Shown here in pieces: positions 51,701-61,325 of a stretch of DNA of 64,000 nt. Origin of the DNA: Bispira polyomma (Eukaryota); NCBI GenBank assembly GCA_965649765.1, contig OZ287761.1, forward strand, positions 14,508,001 through 14,572,000, written 5' to 3'. Position numbers and translations under genes: made by a program. Position 1 is the stretch's first letter. Each line of letters opens with the position of its first letter. The notes below the pieces were generated by a model, which saw only the letters and a program-made list of their open reading frames with translations, had not been told where the DNA came from and did no database searches.

Positions 51701-53994
51701 AGACAAAGTGGACTTATCTTACATTCCCGAAGTTATAAAGAAATCTGACAATGGTTCAAAAAAGAAGAAAATATTAAAAAAGAAGAAAAAAGTGGTGAAA
51801 AAGGAGGAAGAAGGTAAATAAGAGTTAATGTTGCACCATGTGAAGTCAATTCATAGTTAACATTGAACCCTGTAAAATAAATTCTTATACAGTCGAACCC
51901 CTTTATGTAAAGCTCTGTTAACTCAATTTCCTGTTTATGTGGAACAAAATTTCTGGTCTCAAAAAGGTATTTTCTTTTATAATCTATCCTGTTAATTGGA
52001 AATCCTGTTTTAGTAGAAGTATTTCTACTGGTCCCTTGAGGTTCGACTTAAAGGGGTGCAACTGTTTATGTAGTTAACCTGTGTGAAGTCAATTCTTATA
52101 GTTAACATTGAATTTTTGTAAAGTCAATTCTTATAGTTAACAATGAACCCTGTGTGAAGTCAATTCTTATAGTTACATTGAATTTTGTGAAGTCAATTCT
52201 TATAGTTAACATTAAGCCATGTGTGAAGTCAATTCTTATCGCTAACATTGAACCCTGTGTGAAGTCAATTCTTATAGTTACTAATGTGAGTCAACTCTTA
52301 TAGTTTTAACCCTGGACCCTGTATGAAGTCAATTTTTATAGTTAACTTTGAACCCTGTGAAGTTATTTCGGTGCTAGATATAGCTAAACTTGATGTCATA
52401 TGTGATGCCATAAACATCTCAACTGTTGCATTGGCTGTGATGAAGGTGTAAATTATGACATTTGCTTTTGAGTCTTACAGTAGCAAAATTTTTTATCCAA
52501 AAGATCATTGTAAAGATGACACCTTACTTAAAATAATAACGTCAAAATATTCATTTCTGAAGGTCAAGCTTTTCATCAATACCCGCCTCAAAAATGCAGT
52601 CTAGAAACAGCACATGTAAAAATCATAATGGTTTTACCACTTTTCAGTCTGATAATAAATATCTTATGCATGTCTCTAAACAAGTTTTAATAATAGAGGA
52701 TCCACTCTAATGGCCTTTTGATTACGACTGAACTTATCTGATCATGGGTTTATATGATGGGTATACAAATGTAGCTTGCTTGGAATTAATAAGGAATACA
52801 GTAGACTCTGCATGAGTCAAATGTTCATTATCCACAGGATTTTACTTGACTTATGGCTAACTTTTACTTATATGTGTGTAGGTTTATAGTCTGACATCAC
52901 TTCTATTGACTTTACAATTTACACCCCCCAGCCTGGGTTCTTCCACTTGTCAACCAATTGTTCAGTCTCAGCTCCTTCAGCAAGCATACTAGCCATGCTG
53001 TCACATAAGGCGCAACGACTAACACCAATTAGCAGCCAGGAACCCATTTATACACCTGGGTGGAGAGGGACAAGTTTCGTGTGAAGCACCTTTCCCAAGG
53101 GTACAATCTCCTGGCCTGCAGCAAGGATAGAACCTGGACCCTGAGATCCAAAGTCATACACACTAAACACTAGGCTACAGAGACCATGGGGTGGCACTAT
53201 AGAAGTAAATCATTAACATTAATAATATTTACCCTCTTAACTATTGTTTTATACAGAAGAAGAGGAGGAAGAGGAGGATGAAGCTCCAGTGGAAGAGCCT
53301 GAAGAGGATGAAGAGGAGGTTGAAGAAGATGTCGAAATGGATGAAGAAGAAGCAGAGGTAGAGGAGGATGAAGAGAAAAAAGAAGTGCCCAAGAAGAAGG
53401 TGGTTAAGAAAACTGTCTCCAAAACAAAGGTCAGAACATTGTATTGTAGAAGTAGGCTTTGTTCGTAGCAATTATGTTAGTTTATAAATGTTTTTTCAAA
53501 TAGCGGAATGTAGCTTAAAATTGTCCTTTTTAAAGCAGATTTTACACGCATAAGGTAACATTAGGCGATAATAAGATAGTTTATGACAGTTAGAAAGAAA
53601 TAGTTTATAATAGTTTATGTTGTTCAGATGATCGAGATTCTATTGTTAATTCTATGTAAATGTATCATGTGATTAGACTTCCTTCTGAATTTAGTTCACA
53701 CTGGCTGTAGACAGGTTTTCCATTTTATTTATATTTTCTTAAATTTTTCAGGATAAGATGAAAGAACCCAAGGAGAAGAAGCATCCAAAGGAAGCCAGAA
53801 GTAAGTCTGAGGAAAAAGAAGTCAAAGCTAAGATGGCAGATAAAGAGAAGCCAGCCACCAAGGCAACAAAGGAAGCCAAGGGGAAGCCAGATGAGAAGAA
53901 AAAGGAAGACATGAAAGTTGAGAAGGAGAAGGTGGTCGTTAAAAAAAAGAAAGTAAAGAAAACAAAAACCAAGAAAAAGGCAGTCAAAAAGTGA
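33714..53994 (+). CDS. Prolyl 4-hydroxylase alpha subunit-like protein (divergent, predicted catalytically inactive) with signal peptide and long Lys/Glu-rich C-terminal tail; 16 exons, 759 aa
   Basis: Exons 33714-34057, 34602-34765, 35107-35213, 35494-35625, 36017-36100, 39474-39650, 41411-41506, 42182-42346, 42915-42958, 45202-45328, 46593-46661, 49421-49459, 50099-50267, 51667-51813, 53257-53429, 53752-53994. All AG/GT; phases join into one open frame of 2280 nt. P4HA landmarks in order: signal peptide MAKLGFLGYSLCLTFFWICGINC, FVNNPLAMFSIRKRLADTW, DLEMAYEDILRLQKAYNL, TPR-like ALEWL/DPDSRIANAN, YCRG, VYNVGAGG, AGGHFAFP..V.PEKG..LFW, CPVILG. Confidence 0.88.
38153..38772. mobile_element. Non-autonomous TIR element with an internal ~175-bp tandem duplication
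   Basis: Imperfect ~45-bp TIRs (CAAGTCGC..AACTCGCACCCATC / GATGGGTGCTAGTCG..GCGACTTG); the unit ACAAGTCGCACCCCAAATTTTA..TTTTAAAGCACGGAAG occurs twice. Confidence 0.7.
40191..41174 (+). mobile_element. Helentron-associated non-autonomous element (HINE / DINE-1-like)
   Basis: 5' TTGTATCCACC with adjacent inverted copy GGTGGATAC, (CCA/CCG)n microsatellite, central ~150-bp tandem repeats (AAAGTGCTTATAACT..TTGACCTTG), 3' subTIR GGTGGATACAA (41129-41139), hairpin GCATCGG-TTTT-CCAATGC, end CTAGTT. Confidence 0.8.
47092..47389. mobile_element. piggyBac-like non-autonomous element
   Basis: TTAA|CCCCTTAGATACCA ... TGGTGGCAAAGGGG|TTAA. Confidence 0.7.
51823..52366. repeat. ~36-38 bp minisatellite interrupted by a MITE (51890-52064)
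   Basis: Unit TGAAGTCAATTCTTATAGTTAACATTGAACCCTGTG, about 2 copies before and about 8 after the MITE. Confidence 0.85.
52928..53185 (-). mobile_element. tRNA-derived SINE (family B)
   Basis: Same sequence family as 8012-8315 (CCCAGCCTGGGTT..TTCAGTCTCAGCTCC..CCTGGGTGGAGAG..ACAGAGACC). Confidence 0.8.
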
Positions 53995-54241
53995 TAAAGT
54001 AGAGGATGCGCAGTAGAGACTTTATTATTATATTCAATTTTATGTAACGTAAGAAACATATGCACAATAGAACAACAAAACCATGAAACTGGAGCAAATG
54101 GATAGAATATAAATCCTGATGTTAAATTTTTTGAAGAAAACTAAAGCCAAGAAAAATACTGCCAAAAGTAGTAAAAGTACAAGAACAATAAATTACATGA
54201 ATTACAGCGGAACTTTATGATATTAGTGTATTCACAAAAGA

Positions 54242-54300
54242 AATAAACTTAACAAGAATAGAGTGACCCAGCTGAACAGAAAAGAATAAGCTGGAATAAA
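54242..54300 (+). terminator. Candidate polyadenylation signals of the P4HA-like gene
   Basis: AATAAA at 54242-54247 and 54295-54300, 250-300 nt after the stop and followed by T-rich sequence. Confidence 0.4.
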
Positions 54301-55841
54301 TGTATATAATATAATTTTATTTAGTTTCCGTTATTAAAATCATTCAACTACCTGGGACTGTTAATGCTGTATTACTAGTCTGTGCTTTTTCATGTTATCC
54401 TATGATGTATGCATTCATCCAGAACCATCTCTTAATTGTTTAGTCATGTTTGGGTAAATGGATCTTCCAAATGTTTCATATAGTTAACATATCAGGGACT
54501 GTATCCAAACATCAGATGCAGTATTTATATAATTAAAATATACATTAGTTTTAGGTACATTGGCTGTTGTGTACTATTCTAATACTGAATAATGTATGTG
54601 TACTTTATCTGCTGTTGATATGTGACATACAATGCATTCTATATCTTCATCAGTATATCTGTTCACGTGTTTGTTTATGCTTCAATGACATTATCCATGG
54701 TATTCTATATATTACAAAAAATAAACAAGAATGAAGTAAACCTAGATGAAATATTCGATACAGAAGGTCTTTTCTTCTTGTAATTCCTCTAACATTTATA
54801 TTAAGTACATATGAAGACAAAACAGAGAAGATGTTTTTGATAATCGTCTGACCCATAATTTTCCAATTGAACATATAATCCAGTGACCTTGGCCGTAGAC
54901 ATCTTATTTTTTACCAAGGAAGCACAAAGATGAAGTACAGAGTAACAAAAATCAGTAAAAGAAAGTAGATGATCTTTGTCTTTGCAAAAGAACAAGGTCA
55001 TGACGTTTAGAATTTTGGTCAGACAATTTGTGACTGACCATACAATTGGGGGAAAGTTTGTGTTTAATGGAAACACTGATATATCTGCGACTCTTTTTTT
55101 ACAACCTTTTCTTTGCACAGTTCAATTTAATTTGGTCACAGGAAACTATGCCACCCGATGGTCTTGCTTAGGTGTAATCATCTAGTCAACCTCCTGGTGT
55201 CTTAATGATCTTTATCTGTCACTGTGGCCCCCTTAGTAACACTTAGGAACAGACGACCTGGGTTTTATCACAGCCTTGGGGAAGCAAGGTACCGGCAAAT
55301 ACCTATTCGTTCAAATGACCACTTTAAATGGCCCTATCCCTGGTGGCAGGCTTGAGAACTTTAGAGATGTTTATAATGGCCATTCTCAAAACTTTCTTTT
55401 CAGTGTTCTACATAACCGTTTTCTGTGGTTATAACAATATACCACTGTAACGATAAATTATACAGGTAATTGAAATAGAAATACTTATATTGAGTAAATA
55501 CTATTAAATCAAAACTTATCCAACTTTTGTTATATCGGTGTATATCCCTGCATTAAACATTTAGGCTTCCAGGGTTTCCCTTTTAGCTCTACTGTTCTTG
55601 TACTAGAATATTAATCTCAAGATCCATGACAACCCAGAATCGAATCCCAGCAGTAACAAGCCTCTTTATAAGTTTACAGCAGAGCCAAGTGATTTCTGTG
55701 GTTTACATTTAGTAAATTGTTTATATCCCTTTATTTTAACAGGTACAATTGAAACAACTCCGATTTGCAATTTAATCAACTCCCAAACACTTAAAAATAT
55801 TTAATATACAAGTATTCTATTTTTATTCTATCATCGTTCTC

Positions 55842-56680
55842 TTTTTTTTTTTTAATATTTTTGTTTTCTTTTTCATAACAAGTGCACAAATTTATAATCA
55901 CATAAAGTTATATATTCACTAATCACTATTTGTACAAAATTAAACACAAAGAAGCCACATAAAAATTGAACCAAATATATAACTTTAAGAAGGCATCCAC
56001 ATTAACACTTTTGACAAGCTGATCAACGTACAAATGATTTGGCAAAAAAACATTATCCTATACCTTTCATTTTGCTTAACTTTTATCAGTTACAAAGTTC
56101 TAATTATCACTCCTAAACACCGATGCCCACCTATCCAAAACCTGATAAAAATTAATTTCTTTCTGATTTATTTTAGCAGGATAATCCTCATCTCTATACA
56201 GCCAATTCAATCTGCATTCCAGAGGTTTCAGAATCAATCTCCTACAATCTCTAGACAAATCAAATATATACTTTTTGACAACTAGTATTAAACTATTGAT
56301 TGGAATATGATTCTGATCTTTATATGTATAACCAAAGATGACTGTAAAACAAGTACATTTTATTTTAAATCTGATATCCTCTTTCGGTAAATTTCTCAAT
56401 ATCTTCCCATAATGTTTTTGAATTCGGACATTCGTAAAAAAATATGCAATAAAGTTTTGGACTGATGACAAAAAAGACAGTTGGGATTGTCATTTAGGCC
56501 TAGTTTGCACAGATAACTGTTGATTCCCAAGATCCTGTAAATCAAATTGGGCTGAAACCATACAAGCTGATTGTTTGTCAGTGTTTTAAAACATATAGAA
56601 AACAAGAATTTCCAAGTAACATGGTCAATATGAATTTGAAGATATTCATTTCATTTGAGTTTCATTTTATGATCATTTTG
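55842..56680 (-). mobile_element. Degraded 3' end of an L1/Tx1-type LINE
   Basis: Frameshifted minus-strand ORFs with WFQ..YRILGINSYL..LNDNPNCLFC, typical of the ORF2 C-terminus. T-run at about 55842-55853 corresponds to poly(A). Confidence 0.7.
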
Positions 56681-57628
56681 GAATTTTCCTTGTCAACACA
56701 ATATTTGAACTGATTAGTAATGAATATCAATATGTTACTCCCGGAAAATTTCGTCCACAGATTGTTTTAACGCCGTGTTTTAGTAGTTTTCAGCATGTTA
56801 ACCCGTTTCCACGAGGATACTGACAGTCAAAATATAGGTATCCAAATGTATTTCCCGGAAATTATTGGCGATCGAAGTGAAGTGTAGACTTGCTCACAAG
56901 TCTTTACTGTTGGTAAAACACTGAATGACTGCATTATACAAGTTCCTATTCTGTTAAAAAGGAGTCAGCACTATTTTTTTTTTATAACTGCTAGCTTCTT
57001 CATTTTATTCTCAAATCCACACAGGGATATAGTTTAAAAATCATAATGCCCTCATTGAAGGACCTTGTACAAGGTCTAAGTTAAGAAAAGTCAATTAAGG
57101 TTTTACTAACGTAAACACACAAATACGTTGCTGATTAATCATACTGCATTTGTGCTAGTTTTTTTTTCTCAAAAACACACTATAGCAGCCATGAAACGAT
57201 TCTTTAGCAAGGTATTGAATTATTTTCATATGGCCAGACAATTTAAAACTATAATATTTTGCTATAAAACTATATACCCACCCATACAACGATTCTTGTA
57301 TTGTGACGTCACACAATTTGAAATCTATGGTGGAACGTCATATTTGTAAACAATTCTCGCAGAGAGGCCCTTCTATTGTGACACAATACGAGTATTGATC
57401 CAGCATATATAAAGATATTATATAGGCTACACAACTTTAAAAAAAGTATATATTGTTTTTAATGAATTACATTTTTAAATATGTTTTCTTAAGTTATATA
57501 AACGAAGAATACAAAATATCTTTCTGTTTAGAAGAGTGTAACTTTTATGTTTTTCTAAAAAAAATCCCCGTTTTTATGCTTTTATTAAAAGCAAATTCAT
57601 TCAAAATATTGCTGATGTTTCCCTTTTC

Positions 57629-58855
57629 CTAATCTAATCTAATCTAATCTAGTCGTACTTTTATAGCGCTTAATCTTTGTACAACAAATTCTAAGGCGCA
57701 ACAAACCCAAAACGTTAATCAAAAATCAAAAATAGTGGGCGGATGGCAGTCGTAACCAGGGAGACTACCGTAAATGGTTGCGACGGCTAAGGTGGAAAAG
57801 CCTGTTCAAAAAGATAGGCCTTCAGCTTACTCCTGAAAGAGGAGAAAGTTTGTGCCAGGCAAACATGATCAGGTAGGCTGTTCCAAATGAGGGGGGCCAT
57901 CATGAGCTAGGCAGTGATTGAACTGAACTTTGGATTTGTGGATGCGAGGGTTGAAAGTGGGAATGTTAAGGTATAATTTATCAGGGTTACTGCGCCGTGT
58001 CCTGACTGAGCATGTATATTTGGATAGATGGGGGCTAAAATAAGTGGGTAATCCAGAATTTAGAAATTTATGTATTATTGTTGCTGTTTTGAAAGCAACA
58101 CGATATTTTATTGGGAGCCAGTGCAGTGAATTGAGTACAGGAGTAATGTGGGAAAATTTAGATGTTTTGGTCACAATACGTGCCAACGAGTGTTGGATAT
58201 TCTGAAGGCGTCTGAGATCACTACGAGATAAGGAACAGAACAAAGAGTTGCAGTAATCAAGCCTGCTGCTGACCAAAGCATTGGCAACAGTGATTGCAGT
58301 GGATTTGGAAAGATAGCATCGAATCCGCCTGAAATCACGGAGGCCAACAAAACATGATCTACACACCGATGCGACATGGTTAGAGAAGGAGAATTCAGAG
58401 TCGAACACCACACCCAGGTTTCGTACTTTGTCAGCTGGAAAAAACCTGCTGCCAAGAATGTCAAGTGGAAAACAGCTAGACAATTTTTCCCATTGCGACT
58501 TGGAGCCAAACAAAATAAACTCAGTCTTCTTAGGGTTCAGCTTGAGTTTATTTGCTGCCATCCAATGTTGTACATCAACAAGGCAGTTCTGTAAGGAAGT
58601 GAAAGCTGCCTTGGCAGAGTCAAGTGTAAGGTGGATATACAGTTGGGTATCATCAGCATAGAAGTGAAAGTTTATGTTTTTGTATGCAGCAATAATCTTG
58701 CTGAGTGGAGTGGTGTACATGGAAAACAAAATGGGACCCAGGACGGAACCTTGGGAAACCCCAAATTTTAACCATGTTGGGTCAGATAAGATATTGCCAA
58801 TTTTGACTGATTGGAATCTATCAGACAAATATGCAGTGAACCACTTAAGCACCAT
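57629..58855 (-). mobile_element. 5'-truncated L2/CR1-group LINE (RT C-terminal half and 3' end)
   Basis: ORF 57869-58855 with GVSQGSVLGP, YADD, LKLNPKKTE, SRLDYCNSL, LHWLPI. The 3' end terminates in a (GATTA)n tail (57629-57651). Confidence 0.92.
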
Positions 58856-59809
58856 ACCGTCATTTCGTTGTCATGTACAATATTTCAGCATTGATACCTT
58901 CTTGGTATGTGTATTGTGTCACATTTGTGAAGGATGTACTTGGACAAATATTCATGTTTTTCTTACAATTTTACACCAACTTATACGTAGTAATTGTTGC
59001 TGAAACATTGTTAAAATCAATTTTCCAATTGATAAAATTTAGCTTAAATTGTTATTTATTCTGTTTCCTATCATTTTGGCAACTCATAAAGCAAAAATCG
59101 TATTTAAAAATCGACTTTAAGGCCTTCACAACAATGTAGTGTATGTTTCTTGACAGTGATTCTTTCACAACGTGGTTTAGTGGCGATTGTTTTTTGTGTT
59201 TACGTTACTAGAGCCTTAAAAAAAACAATAGTAAGAAATAAAGAAGTCTTGTACTGTCTGAAGATAATATCAACCAAAATAAATACAAAAAATACAACTG
59301 TTTCTAAATTAATTTATTATTATCCTTGTAGCCCTAATTTATTATTAAGAAATTATTATAAAATAAAAAATTGTGTGCTATTATATAATAAACTGAGTAA
59401 CAACAAACCTTTCTATTTATGACGCTACTGTGGTCAATCATTCTGGGTACCATCAATCTGATACAAATTTAATAGCATACATACCACAATTAATTAAAAC
59501 TACAATTATTAAATAAATCTAACCCAGATAATTACTCCAGAAATAATACATAACACCATAATACTGAATTAAGTACATACAAATGATATAGTCAATACCT
59601 AAATTTATGTTTCGGCTTATCTCTATGACGTGTAATTTTTATTTTTGGATGTTATCTTGTGTGTTTTTTTTGTTTGTTTTTTTTATAAAAATTCTTTTGG
59701 CTTCAACGTTAACTTTGTGCGCTAACTTTATAACGCCTTCCAGATGGTCCTAAACTTTTGATATCAGTGTAAATGTAATGTTTATGTCGTTGTACTCACT
59801 TAGCTACAC

Positions 59810-60062
59810 GCTCATTGGCAGATAGACATTCTTGACATACCGGAGATATAAGGGGCCTCCTGATTGGATACTTGGCTTTAAGTACACAAGATCGTGCGAA
59901 ACTTTCTTTGGCAGTCGACATTTGTTGTATGTCGTGATTTTACAGCTCTAATTTCTGTTTACGCCGGATGTGTCACAGTAAACAAGCAATGAGTTGGTGT
60001 TACAATATATAAACATTTTTTGGATTTATTCAATCCAGCCAGATTCACAAAACCAGTAAAAC
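59810..60062 (+). promoter_or_regulatory. Putative promoter / 5' leader of KLF6/7
   Basis: CpG-enriched stretch with two ATTGG (reverse CCAAT) boxes near 59815 and 59863, inverted Fox-type sites TGTTTAC (59956-59962) and GTAAACA (59978-59984), and upstream ATGs at 59929 and 59968. Confidence 0.5.
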
Positions 60063-60164
60063 ATGTCGTTTCTTCCTAGTGGGAATATTTTTCGTGAACT
60101 GCAAGTTGTTCACGATACTGGATACTTCTCAGCCCAACCATCACTGGAAGATCGATGGCAACAG
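60063..60164 (+). CDS. KLF6/7: Krueppel-like factor 6/7 (luna-like), first coding exon; gene continues beyond the window
   Basis: ATG..CAG|GT, 102 nt: [34 protein letters not shown], matching the KLF6/KLF7/Luna N-terminal domain (xIFxELQxVHxTGYFSAxPSLExxWQQ). No exon 2 recognised in 60165-64000. Confidence 0.93.
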
Positions 60165-60736
60165 GTATAGTACATCTATAATGTACATTTGTACACTATG
60201 TAAAATCCATCTTTGATTAATCATTGAATTAAAACCTGTACTGCCTTTCTAGGTAACTGTCAACAAGCTGCCTGTGTGTTTATTATCACGAATTACCATT
60301 ATTCACCACCCAAGAAATGTTGAATATTTCCTGAAAGAATGATTACTGAGAGAATGTCAATACTAAAAAAACTGTCTGGCTGTATGTAACAAATAAATGT
60401 ATGATTTTGCAATGGGTATCTTTGGCGTATAAAACTACTTACCATAGGTGACGTTTCCTTTGCATATTGACACAGAAATAATTTGAAATAGTGAACTTTC
60501 AAAGTAGCTGACAGTGATTTGCCCTGAAGTTATATCTCCTATGAAGTTACGTAAAACTACGATATAAGAAGCAGTTAACATCAAATTGGAGACACTGACA
60601 TGGCAGTTAATAATAAAATCTACACAGGGGTACACATATAGACTGGGAGCTAAGGATCGACCATCTGTCGCAAAATTCAGTGGAAATGTCAGAAAAATTC
60701 AACGACCATCCAAATGAAACCCCACAAACAATTGTA

Positions 60737-60949
60737 CACCGGCGGTCACAATAGTGTCCGGGTCACAATATTGGTCGACATACATTTCAAAGTATAAAAC
60801 GTAGACTTCTTAAAAATAAAATATAGTATTCTGTAATTTATTCTATAGGCATAAAGTAGCATGTGTTTTCAATATTAATTTCTGTCAGTCAGTTCTTTAA
60901 AAATGCAACGGACACTATTATGACCCGGACACTGTTGTGACCACCCGTG
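60737..60949. mobile_element. MITE with TA TSD in KLF intron 1
   Basis: TA|CACCGGCGGTCACAATAGTGTCCGGGTCA ... TGACCCGGACACTGTTGTGACCACCCGTG|TA. Confidence 0.75.
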
Positions 60950-61202
60950 TAAATACCATACAAGTGCACCAAAAAAATTATGACCGTTTTCCTTAATTCC
61001 TGGCAGTAACTGTTTTTAGGAAGTCGGCATGCATGGTATGTCAGTGGCCATTATGGGATGGATACCCGACCAGCATTAATGTCAAATCAACATGGTTTTA
61101 CTATATGGTATTTAGAATGTAATATGTGTCCACCACTTGTGTCAAATTAGTAAGCTATAATAACTTGCGTATCTTCATAATAGCGGTCGGGTCATATATA
61201 TT

Positions 61203-61325
61203 ACACAGGTGGTGCTGGCTTCGGCCTGTTCTAGGCCTTGGCCACCTAGTAAAATCACTACCAAGTCAATGTAAATTTTGAGATTGCCAAGCCAAAGGGT
61301 AGGCCGAAGCTAGTGCAACCTGTGT
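61203..61325. mobile_element. Short TIR element / hairpin
   Basis: ACACAGGTGGTGCTGGCTTCGGCCT / AGGCCGAAGCTAGTGCAACCTGTGT. Confidence 0.6.

Noticed and set aside
52068-52366. CRISPR-like ~37-bp repeats
   Set aside because: Head-to-tail units without unique spacers, no cas genes, eukaryotic intron.
53241-54065. Hydrophobic Phe/Leu/Ser-rich minus-strand ORFs
   Set aside because: Antisense shadows of the Glu/Lys-rich exons.
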